Source of the DNA: an uncultured Bifidobacterium sp.
GTDB taxonomy: Bacteria; Pseudomonadota; Alphaproteobacteria; SMXS01
Direction: 5' to 3'
NCBI GenBank assembly: GCA_964630425.1
Contig: CAZVVC010000001.1
Span: forward strand, 1-45,225
DNA length: 45,225 nt
Shown here: piece by piece, positions 10,423 to 20,022 of the stretch
How positions within the stretch are numbered: the stretch's first letter is position 1
Layout of the letters: the number at the start of each line of letters is the position of its first letter
The notes under the pieces: generated by a model
Databases searched by the model: none
What the model saw: only the letters and a program-made list of their open reading frames with translations
What the model was told of the DNA's origin: nothing
Made by a program: the position numbers and the translations under genes

Positions 10423-10451
10423 AAAATAGGTCCGTTGCCGGCATCGGTCAA
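10423..10451 (-). promoter_or_regulatory. Putative internal sigma70 promoter for bfr
   Basis: Minus-strand TTGACC-N17-TATTTT in the bfd-bfr gap. Confidence 0.55.
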
Positions 10452-10473
10452 ATGACACGATGAGGCAGACGGA

Positions 10474-10674
10474 TTAGAGGGAGACCAGCTCCACCGAAGC
10501 ACTCAACTTCACACGCTCCGCATCGATCACGTCCTGGGCGTGGTAAAGGCAGGTTCCGCAGTCGGGATCGACGCCAAGCGCGGCGTAAATCTCCTCGGCG
10601 GTCGCGGACGGCCGTTCGACGGCCAATTCGCGAATCTGGCTTTCCCGTAAGGCGTTGCAGATGCAGACGTACAT
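10474..10674 (-). CDS. bfd: Bacterioferritin-associated ferredoxin
   Basis: MYVCICN...CGTC [2Fe-2S] ligands, directly upstream of bfr. Confidence 0.93.
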   Translation of the reverse strand: MYVCICNALRESQIRELAVERPSATAEEIYAALGVDPDCGTCLYHAQDVIDAERVKLSASVELVSL

Positions 10675-10699
10675 TCGAATCGCACTCCAGATGGAGTTG

Positions 10700-10727
10700 A
10701 ATATAGCGCCCTGAGAATGAGTGTCAA
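10700..10727 (-). promoter_or_regulatory. bfd promoter with overlapping Fur-type box
   Basis: Minus-strand TTGACA-N16-TATATT. TGAGAAT-G-AGTGTCA (10712-10726) matches the 7-1-7 Fur box TGAnAATnATTnTCA with one mismatch and covers the -35 element and spacer. Confidence 0.7.
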
Positions 10728-10818
10728 TTACTCAGTGAAAACGCCTCGCAAACGCGGTGCTTGCGCCGACGGATCGGGCGTGGTCTTAAAAGCCGGACAC
10801 CACGGCAGGAGCAGGAAC

Positions 10819-11166
10819 ATGACCGTCACCATCCTTCACAATCCGCGCTGCAGCAAATCGCGCGAGACGCTGGCGCTGCTCCAGTCGAAGGGAATCGAGC
10901 CCGAGGTGATCGACTATCTGAAGGCGCCGCCCTCGGCCGCCGAACTGGACGGCATCCTGAAGAAGCTGGGCAAGGAGCCGCGCGAGGCCATGCGCCGGCA
11001 GGAGGCGCCCTACAAGGAGCTGGGCCTCGACGATCCGGCGCTGGGGCGCGACGCGCTGATCCGGGCGATGGTCGAGAATCCCGTCCTGATCGAGCGCCCT
11101 GTCGTCATCTCGGGCGGCAAGGCGCGGATCGGCCGGCCGCCGGAATCGGTTCTGGAGATCCTGTAG
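10819..11166 (+). CDS. arsC: Arsenate reductase, glutaredoxin-dependent (ArsC family)
   Basis: Catalytic loop HNPRCSKSR, plus LIERPVV and RIGRPPE. SD AGGAG/AGGA precedes ATG 10819. Confidence 0.88.
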   Translation: MTVTILHNPRCSKSRETLALLQSKGIEPEVIDYLKAPPSAAELDGILKKLGKEPREAMRRQEAPYKELGLDDPALGRDALIRAMVENPVLIERPVVISGGKARIGRPPESVLEIL

Positions 11167-11169
11167 GCC

Positions 11170-11445
11170 TCAGCCGCGGAACTTGCCCATCAGCGCCACC
11201 AGTTCGGTGAACTTGCGGCGCTGCTCGGCCGCGTCGCCGCTGCGGATGGCGTCCTCGACGCAGTGGTCGGCATGTTGCCGGAGCACTTCGGCCTCGACCT
11301 TGGCGAGCGCCGCCTTGACCGCCTGGAGCTGCACCAGGATGTCCATGCAGTAACGCTCTTCCTCGACCATGCGGATGATGCCGCGCACCTGTCCTTCGAT
11401 GCGCTTGAGCCGGGGAACCGTATCCTGATGCGACGCGTGTGCCAT
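11170..11445 (-). CDS. csoR: CsoR/RcnR family metal-sensing repressor (CsoR-type C-H-C ligand set)
   Basis: RLKRIEGQVRGIIRMVEEERYCMDIL...HADHCV. The start is 11445 (probably leaderless) or 11451. Confidence 0.9.
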   Translation of the reverse strand: MAHASHQDTVPRLKRIEGQVRGIIRMVEEERYCMDILVQLQAVKAALAKVEAEVLRQHADHCVEDAIRSGDAAEQRRKFTELVALMGKFRG

Positions 11446-11482
11446 TGACATACCTTACCGGGGTATAGTATCCATTGTCAAT
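11444..11482. promoter_or_regulatory. Overlapping divergent promoters with CsoR-type operator
   Basis: TTGACA occurs on both strands (11445-11450 plus, 11476-11481 minus). They flank ATACCTTACCGGGGTAT (11450-11466), a TACC...G-tract...GGTA pseudo-palindrome typical of CsoR/RcnR operators. Confidence 0.72.
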
Positions 11483-11504
11483 CATCGGCAGCATACCGGA
11501 CGTC

Positions 11505-12905
11505 ATGCGCCCCGTGATCCGCCATTCCCTGCCGCTGCTGGCCCTTTCGCTCGCCGCCTGCGCGAACGTGCCGCAGGATCAGGGCTTTTCCTCGGTCGCG
11601 CGCGACGTGGAGGCGCGTTCCGGGCATCAGGTGGCATGGCTGCGCGACGCCGAATCCCGGCAGATGGCCGCCGACCTGACCGGATCGCTGCTGGCCCGGC
11701 CGCTGACCGCCGAGACCGCGACCCGCATCGCCCTGGTCAACAACAGGGACCTGCAAGCCACCTTCGCCGCCGTGGGCATCGCCACCGCCGACGCGGTGCA
11801 GGCGGCGACGCCGCGCAATCCCGTGCTCGACGCGGCCATGAAGATCCCGCTGGAAGGCGGCGGCGTGAACCTGGATTTCGGCCTTGCCTTCGAGTTCGTC
11901 GACCTGCTGTTCCTGCCGGCCCGAGGCCGGATCGCCGCCGCCGAGGCCGACGCGGTGAGGCTTCGGGTGACCGGCGAGGTGCTGACCCTGGCGGCGCGCA
12001 CCCGCACGGCGTTCATCGAGGTGCAGGCGGCGGATCGCATCGCCGCGCTGGCCGCCGAGGCGGCGACCGTGGCGCAGGCCGAGGCCGACGCGGCGCAGGT
12101 GCTGCGGGACGCGGGCAACATCACCTCGGCCAGGCTGGCCCAGGCGCATGAGCGCCTTGCCGCGGCCCGGGCGGCAGGCTCGGCCGCCGGCAACGCCCTC
12201 ACCGCGGCGCGCGAGCGCCTCACCGTGGCGATGGGCGTGAGCGAGGACCGTTGGACCGCCGCCGGCGACCTGCCGGGCCTGCCCGCGCAGGAGCCGTCCG
12301 CCGCCGACCTGGAGCGCCGGGCGCTGGCGGCCAGCGTCGACGTGGCCGCGACGCGGCAGGATCTGGTCGCCGTGGGCGAGCGCAACGGCCTGACCCGGCG
12401 CACCGCCGTCCTCGGCGAGGGCGAGGCGGGCGTCGCCGCCGAGCGCGGCGGCGGCGACTGGGAAGTGGGGCCGAGCCTCGCCGTCCCGCTGCCGCTGTTC
12501 GACCTGGGCGGCGCGCGCACCGCGCGGGCGCGCGCCCAGGTACAGCAGGCCGAGGACCGCCACGCGGCGAGCCGGGTGCGCGTGGCCTCGGCGGCACGGC
12601 AGGCGGCAGCGGCGCTGGAGCGGGCGCGCGGCGACGCGGCGCTGAGCACGGACACCGCGCTGCCGGCCAGCCGGGAAGCGGCGGAGCAGGCCGTGCTGCA
12701 CTACAACGCCATGCAGACGGGCGTCTTCGACCTGCTGGCGGCGCGCGCCGCCGCGATCGGCGCCGGGCAGCGCCATGTGGCGGCACTGGCCGCCTACTGG
12801 ACGGCGCGCGCGCGGGTCGACCTGCTGTTGCAAGGCGGCCTGCCCGAGGCGGCATCCACGCCTTCGGTCACGTTGGCAGCCGACGCGCCGCGAGGGAATC
12901 ACTGA
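11505..12905 (+). CDS. TolC family outer-membrane lipoprotein (copper-resistance associated)
   Basis: Lipobox LSLAAC, OEP features ALVNNRDLQA and VPLPLFD, and YNAMQTGVFDLL. Coupled to the oxidase by TGATG. Confidence 0.85.
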   Translation: MRPVIRHSLPLLALSLAACANVPQDQGFSSVARDVEARSGHQVAWLRDAESRQMAADLTGSLLARPLTAETATRIALVNNRDLQATFAAVGIATADAVQAATPRNPVLDAAMKIPLEGGGVNLDFGLAFEFVDLLFLPARGRIAAAEADAVRLRVTGEVLTLAARTRTAFIEVQAADRIAALAAEAATVAQAEADAAQVLRDAGNITSARLAQAHERLAAARAAGSAAGNALTAARERLTVAMGVSEDRWTAAGDLPGLPAQEPSAADLERRALAASVDVAATRQDLVAVGERNGLTRRTAVLGEGEAGVAAERGGGDWEVGPSLAVPLPLFDLGGARTARARAQVQQAEDRHAASRVRVASAARQAAAALERARGDAALSTDTALPASREAAEQAVLHYNAMQTGVFDLLAARAAAIGAGQRHVAALAAYWTARARVDLLLQGGLPEAASTPSVTLAADAPRGNH

Positions 12906-14206
12906 TGGCGAGGATGAACCGCAGGCAGGCCCTTGGACTTTCCGGCGCCGCGCTGGCCGCCGGCGCGCTGGCGTCGCGGGACGCGCTGGCGCGGCACCCG
13001 CACCATCACGCCCACGAACCGGCGGCGGCGCCCGCGCCGGCCCGAAGCGGCGCGGGCCGCGTGGTGACGCCGGGCGGCGCGGCGCTGCACGGCCGGCTGG
13101 TCGGCGGCGTGAAGGTCTATCACCTCACCGCCGAGCCGGTGGCGCACAGTTTCGCGCCGGGGCTGACCGGCCAGTGCTGGGGCTATAACGGCCGGGTGCA
13201 CGGCCCGACCATCGAGGCGATGGAAGGCGACCGGGTCCGCGTCTACGTCACCAACAAGCTGCCCGCGCCGACCACGATCCACTGGCACGGGGTGCTCCTG
13301 CCCAACGGCATGAACGGCGTGGGCGGGCTCAACCAGCCGACGATCAAGCCGGGCGAGACCTTCGTCTACGAATGGACGTTCCGCCAGCACGGCACCTTCA
13401 TGTACCACCCCCATCACGACGAGATGACCCAGATGGCCATGGGCCTGATGGGGCTGATCGTGGTGCATCCGAAGGAGCGCCGCCCGGTGGACCGGGACTA
13501 TGCCATGATGCTGAGCACCTGGAAGGTCGAGCCGGGCACGACGCGGCCCGACCCCAACGAGATGACCGATTTCAACGTGCTGACCGTGAACGGGCTATGC
13601 TATCCGGCGACGCCGCCCATGCTGGCCCGCACCGGCGACAGGGTGCGCATCCGCATCGGCAACCTCAGCGCCATGGACCACCACCCCATCCATCTGCACG
13701 GGCACAGCTTCAGGATCACCGAGACCGACGGCGGCGTCATTCCCGCCGCCGGCCAGTGGCCGGAGACGACCGTGCTGGTGCCCACGGGCACCACCCGCAC
13801 CATCGAGTTCATCGCCGACAACCCCGGCGACTGGGCGGTGCATTGCCACATGACCCATCACCTGATGAACCAGATGGGGCACGGCCTGCCCAACATGATC
13901 GGCGCCGACCGGCAACGGCTTCAGGCCGCCATCGACAAGGCGGTGCCCGGCGCGATGATCATGGGGACCGAGGGCATGGGCGACATGGACGAGCACGCCG
14001 CGCATATGAGGATGCCCGAGAACACCATCGGCATGATGCCCGTGGACGGCCCGCACGATCCCATCACCATGGGCGGCATGTTCGCCATCCTGAAGGTGCG
14101 CGACACCCTGGCGGGCGACGCCGATCCGGGCTGGTACCGGCAGCCCGAAGGCTCCGTCTCGCGGCTGGCCAGCGCGGCCGAGCTGGCGCGGGACGGGATC
14201 GGCTAG
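12905..14206 (+). CDS. Tat-exported multicopper oxidase (apparently two cupredoxin domains)
   Basis: Twin-arginine signal MNRRQAL. Copper motifs HWHG, YHPH, HPIHLHGH and HCHMTHH-x4-M. His-rich N-terminal linker and Met-rich C-terminal tail. Confidence 0.93.
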   Translation: MARMNRRQALGLSGAALAAGALASRDALARHPHHHAHEPAAAPAPARSGAGRVVTPGGAALHGRLVGGVKVYHLTAEPVAHSFAPGLTGQCWGYNGRVHGPTIEAMEGDRVRVYVTNKLPAPTTIHWHGVLLPNGMNGVGGLNQPTIKPGETFVYEWTFRQHGTFMYHPHHDEMTQMAMGLMGLIVVHPKERRPVDRDYAMMLSTWKVEPGTTRPDPNEMTDFNVLTVNGLCYPATPPMLARTGDRVRIRIGNLSAMDHHPIHLHGHSFRITETDGGVIPAAGQWPETTVLVPTGTTRTIEFIADNPGDWAVHCHMTHHLMNQMGHGLPNMIGADRQRLQAAIDKAVPGAMIMGTEGMGDMDEHAAHMRMPENTIGMMPVDGPHDPITMGGMFAILKVRDTLAGDADPGWYRQPEGSVSRLASAAELARDGIG

Positions 14207-15453
14207 GCGGCGGCCTTCGCCGCCTGGGCCGCCGGCGCGGCGGCGGACGGGCGGCGCATCATCACCAGCATGACGAACGCCGCCAGCGCCATCGCCGGCA
14301 GATAGAACACGAAGGCATAGACATAGCTGCCCGAGGCGTCGCGCACCGCGCCCGACAGCACGGGGCCGGCCGCCGCCGCCAGCGAGAAGAACGGGATCAC
14401 CAGCCCCATCACCCGCCCGAAGGCCGCCGATCCGTAGTTCTGGCCCACCATGACGCAGACCACGGGCATCAGGCCGCTCGACCCCAGGCCGATCAGCGCC
14501 GCGGCGGCGAGCATGACCGGATAGGCCGGATGGAACGGCGTCACCACCAGCGACAGGCCGATGCAGGCCGAGGCGATCCAGTAGGGAATGCGCGGATCGA
14601 CCCGGTCGGCCATCATGCCGAACAGGAAGCGCCCGGCGATGGTCGCGGCCGAGAACACCGAGACCAGCGCGGCGGCGGCCTGCGGCTGGAAGCCCAGCTC
14701 GGCCGAGAACGGCGCCAGGTTCTGCTGGAACCCGTAATAGGCGATGGCCGGGCCGAGGAAGGTCAGGCCGAGCACCCAGAACACGCGGTCCTTGAACACG
14801 CGCGCCGTGGTCCATTCGCCGCGCGGCGCGGCGGCGACCGGCACGGCCTGACGGCTGACGCGCGGCACCTCCAGCTCGCCGTCGTGCGGCAGGCGCGCCA
14901 GCAGCCAGACGAGCGGCACGACACCGACGACGACCAGCCCGGCCAGCATCATGTTGGCCTCGCGCCAGCCGTGGTTCTGCAGCAGGAAGGTGCAGATGGG
15001 CGGCATGATCACGCCGCCCAGCGAGGAGCCCAGCGACACGATGCCCACGGCGAAGCCGATACGCGACGGGAACCATTTGGCGGCCAGCGCCTGGCCCGCC
15101 AGCGTCGCCGCGAAGGCATAGCCGAAGGCGATCAGCGTGGCGTAGAGCACGACGATCTGCCACAGCGCGGTGACCTGGGCGATCAGCACCAGACCCAGCG
15201 CCAGCACCAGCGTGCCGCCGCAGATCAGCACCCGCATGGATACCTTGTCCATCAGCCGGCCCGCGAAGGGCATCATAAGGCCGGTGCCGATGGTCGAGGC
15301 GGCGATGGCCATCATCACGTCGCCGCGGCCGACGCCGAACTCCTTCACCCAGGGATCGACCCAGAAGGTGAAGCAGGTAAAGCAGATGCCGACGATCAAC
15401 GCCTGGAACAGCACGCCGACAGCGAGCACGTTCCATCCATGATACCACTTCAT
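14203..15453 (-). CDS. MFS transporter
   Basis: 416 aa, about 12 hydrophobic segments, MFS motif A (GRLMDKVSMR; GMMADRVDPR). Confidence 0.9.
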   Translation of the reverse strand: MKWYHGWNVLAVGVLFQALIVGICFTCFTFWVDPWVKEFGVGRGDVMMAIAASTIGTGLMMPFAGRLMDKVSMRVLICGGTLVLALGLVLIAQVTALWQIVVLYATLIAFGYAFAATLAGQALAAKWFPSRIGFAVGIVSLGSSLGGVIMPPICTFLLQNHGWREANMMLAGLVVVGVVPLVWLLARLPHDGELEVPRVSRQAVPVAAAPRGEWTTARVFKDRVFWVLGLTFLGPAIAYYGFQQNLAPFSAELGFQPQAAAALVSVFSAATIAGRFLFGMMADRVDPRIPYWIASACIGLSLVVTPFHPAYPVMLAAAALIGLGSSGLMPVVCVMVGQNYGSAAFGRVMGLVIPFFSLAAAAGPVLSGAVRDASGSYVYAFVFYLPAMALAAFVMLVMMRRPSAAAPAAQAAKAAA

Positions 15454-15555
15454 GCCATTCCGTCCGGTCCCTGAGAGACGCGCAGCATCGGCTGCTTCGC
15501 ACCCGGCGTAAACCGGATTTTTTCAGCAACCGCGCCGAAATATCCCGGCAATGTT

Positions 15556-15972
15556 TCAGAGCGCCAGCGCCACCGTGGCCGTGCCGGGCGAGATCTGCGC
15601 GCCCCTGTCGTCCTGGGAGGTCAGCTCGATGTCGGCGAACAGCTCGCCGTCCTGGCGGCGCAGCGCCGTGATCCTGCCGCCGAGCGTCAGCGTCCGGCCC
15701 TGGAACAGCGGGCTGCGCAGGCGGATGTCGACCGCGACGATGCGGCCCGCGCCGTCCATCCAGTCGCGCAGCAGGGCGTGGGCATAGGCATGCAGGAGCG
15801 GCGCCATGCCGAAGGCACCCTCGAAGCCCTCGCCGCGCCCGACCGCGTCGTCCCAGTGATGGGCGTGATATTCATAGTTCACCGCCGCGAAGCGGTTCCA
15901 GTGATGGACCGTACCCTCGCGGATGAAATCGGGCAGCCGGTGGCCGACCTCGAGCAGATGCGGATCGAGCAT
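15556..15972 (-). CDS. MaoC/PaaZ-like hot-dog dehydratase (catalytic-type subunit)
   Basis: MLDPHLLEVGHRLP...FAAVNYEYHAHHWDD...RLRSPLFQGRTL. The ATG overlaps the upstream stop. Confidence 0.75.
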   Translation of the reverse strand: MLDPHLLEVGHRLPDFIREGTVHHWNRFAAVNYEYHAHHWDDAVGRGEGFEGAFGMAPLLHAYAHALLRDWMDGAGRIVAVDIRLRSPLFQGRTLTLGGRITALRRQDGELFADIELTSQDDRGAQISPGTATVALAL

Positions 15973-16487
15973 CAATACCTCGCGAACACCGAATCGACGG
16001 TGCGTATCCAGTCGCCCCGCTGGTTGACCAGCTCGTGCGACACGGTGGTGTAGAGCATCAGACCCATGCGGCCCTCGCGCTCGAAATAGTCGGTGATGCG
16101 ATGGGTCGAGCGGATGACGTCGCCCGGCCGCATGCGCACCTTGCCGTGGGAAGCGCGGATGCCGGTCAGGATCATCGCCCGGTAGCGCGGCGGCGTCACG
16201 CCCAGCTCGGCCTCGCTGAACCCGGTCTGCGACACCGGCGGCCCGTCCAGCGCCGGCGCGAGCGTCGCCCAGGCGAAGGGATTGAAGTCCTCGGGCGCGA
16301 CGATCCCGCCATGTGCGGTGGTCGCGGCATGATCCTCGTCCCAGAACAGGCGCGGCGGCGTCCGGGGCCAGTAGACCGCCACGGCCCATTTGCGGATGTC
16401 GGACGCCGAGATCGGGAACGACACCGTCTCGCGCATCACCCTGCCGACGATGGCGCGCATCTCGTCGGTGATCATGCTCGTGCTCAT
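15972..16487 (-). CDS. MaoC dehydratase N-terminal-like (FAS1-like) hot-dog protein
   Basis: ISASDIRKWAVAV...WDEDHA...GGIVAP...MRPGDVI...NQRG. SD GGAG precedes ATG 16487. Confidence 0.75.
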   Translation of the reverse strand: MSTSMITDEMRAIVGRVMRETVSFPISASDIRKWAVAVYWPRTPPRLFWDEDHAATTAHGGIVAPEDFNPFAWATLAPALDGPPVSQTGFSEAELGVTPPRYRAMILTGIRASHGKVRMRPGDVIRSTHRITDYFEREGRMGLMLYTTVSHELVNQRGDWIRTVDSVFARY

Positions 16488-16590
16488 GCCGCCATCTCCG
16501 TCGCTGCGGCAGGCGGGCTTGCGCCGGCGCGGCATGGACACCGCCTGCACCGGCACTATAGCATCCATGTTCCACCACCGGAGCGCCCTC

Positions 16591-16773
16591 ATGGAAGACG
16601 CCGGTTTCGCCGAGCGCGCCTTCGTGATCCTCGCCTTCGCCGCGGCCGTCGGCTGCGGCATCGTCGGCGGGATATTCTATGCGTTCTCGGCCTTCGTCAT
16701 GCGCGCGCTGGGCAGGCTCGCGCCCGAGCAGGGCGCGGCGGCCATGAAGGCCATCAACGCGGTGATGGGCTAG
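16591..16773 (+). pseudogene. 3'-truncated DUF1772/anthrone oxygenase family gene
   Basis: GIVGGIFYAFSAFVMRALGRL...AAMKAIN is the family N-terminus. It stops after 60 aa at a TAG inside repeat copy 2, whereas family members are about 150-160 aa. Confidence 0.72.
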
Positions 16774-16880
16774 ATCAGACCTATCACCTTCATTTGCCAA
16801 TCCATTGGCCTCTCTTTTCTCCGTGACTCTGCGAGAGGAAAACCCGGAGGAAATACTAATCTGAACAGCTTTTGCTCCAG
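16770..16880 (-). repeat. MITE/CIR-like intergenic repeat, copy 2 (one end missing)
   Basis: The reverse complement reads CTGGAGCAAAAGCTGTTCAG...CGCAGAGTCACGG...GGCAAATGAAGGTGATAGGTCTGATCTA. This aligns with CGCAGAATCACGG...GGCAAATGAAAGCGATGGATCGGACCAG of copy 1. Confidence 0.65.
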
Positions 16881-17045
16881 GCTTGCGGCGGGCGGCGCGC
16901 CGGGGACCGTCATAATCCGGGACGCGCGTCGCGCCGGACTGCTAAAATGAATCGGTCCGGACGGATTCCGGGAACGCGGGACGGCCATCCGGCGTTTCGC
17001 CTGCTCACAGGCGAGCGCTGCCGGCGATAAGAACGGAAAGTCACC

Positions 17046-18989
<1,944 letters not shown>

Positions 18990-18992
<3 letters not shown>

Positions 18993-19077
18993 GAGGCGAG
19001 CGCCAGCCGCGCGCGGCCATCTCGCGCAGGAAGCCTTCGTTGACGAACCGCTCGATCCGATCGGGGGAAAAGGACAT
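18990..19077 (-). pseudogene. Possible N-terminal remnant of a phytanoyl-CoA dioxygenase (PhyH)-like gene
   Basis: SD AGGA precedes ATG 19077, giving MSFSPDRIERFVNEGFLR, which resembles PhyH-family starts (Ls.eqI..F..dGFl). The frame then runs antisense into the kinase and stops at 18919. Confidence 0.4.
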
Positions 19078-19110
19078 CGGCATTCCTGCGCCGGCCGCCG
19101 CCCTGGAAGC

Positions 19111-20022
19111 TCACCCCTTCCCGTGCGACCGGCCGAAATCGGGCGCGGGGGTCTCCTGCCCCGCGTCGATGATGTTGCGGCGGATGGCGCGGGTGCGCGT
19201 GAACAGGTTGAACAGGGTGTCGCCGTCGCCCCAGCGGATGGCGCGCTGGAGGGCGGTCAGGTCCTCGGTGAAGCGGCCCAGCATCTCCAGCACCGCTTCC
19301 TTGTTGTTCAGGAAGATGTCGCGCCACATGGTGGGATCGGACGCGGCGATGCGGGTGAAGTCGCGGAAGCCGCCGGCCGAGAACTTGATCACCTCGGACT
19401 GGGTCACTTCCTCGAGGTCGGCGGCGGTGCCGACGATGTTGTAGGCGATCAGGTGCGGCACGTGGCTGGTGATGGCGAGCACCAGGTCGTGATGGCGCGG
19501 GTCCATCACCTCGGTGCGACTGCCCAGCGCCTGCCAGAACGCCAGCAGCCTGCCGGTGGCGGCCGGATCGGCGCCGGCGGGCGGGGTGAGGATGCACCAG
19601 CGGCCGTCGAACAGCTCGGCGAAACCCGCCTCGGGCCCCGAATTCGCGGTGCCGGCGACCGGATGGCCGGGGACGAGGTGCACCCCGGCGGGGATGTGCG
19701 GCCCTACGTCGTCGACCACCGCCTGCTTCACCGAGCCCACGTCCGAGACGATGGCGCCCGGCGCCAGATGGGGGCCGATCTCGGCGGCGATGCCGGCGAA
19801 GGCGCCCACCGGCGCGCACAGGATGACCAGGTCGGCGCCCCGTACCGCCTCGGCGGCGGTGGGAAGCACCCTGTCGGCCAGCCCGAGCCGGGCCACCGTG
19901 TCACGGGTCGCCTGGCTGCGGGCGGTCGCGACGATCTCCTTCGCCAGCCCGTCCCTGCGCGCCCCGAGGGCGATCGACGAGCCGATCAGGCCGACGCCGA
20001 CGAGGGCGAGGCGTTCAAACAC
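19111..20022 (-). CDS. tyrA: Prephenate/arogenate (cyclohexadienyl) dehydrogenase
   Basis: Motifs GVGLIGSS, DVGSVK, GHPVAGT, HDLVLAITSHVPH and GGFRDFTRIAASDPTMW. Confidence 0.95.
   Translation of the reverse strand: MFERLALVGVGLIGSSIALGARRDGLAKEIVATARSQATRDTVARLGLADRVLPTAAEAVRGADLVILCAPVGAFAGIAAEIGPHLAPGAIVSDVGSVKQAVVDDVGPHIPAGVHLVPGHPVAGTANSGPEAGFAELFDGRWCILTPPAGADPAATGRLLAFWQALGSRTEVMDPRHHDLVLAITSHVPHLIAYNIVGTAADLEEVTQSEVIKFSAGGFRDFTRIAASDPTMWRDIFLNNKEAVLEMLGRFTEDLTALQRAIRWGDGDTLFNLFTRTRAIRRNIIDAGQETPAPDFGRSHGKG

Noticed and set aside
10684-10697. ACTCCA/TGGAGT inverted repeat over the bfd SD
   Set aside because: Only a 5 bp stem is feasible and the predicted TSS falls inside its 5' arm.
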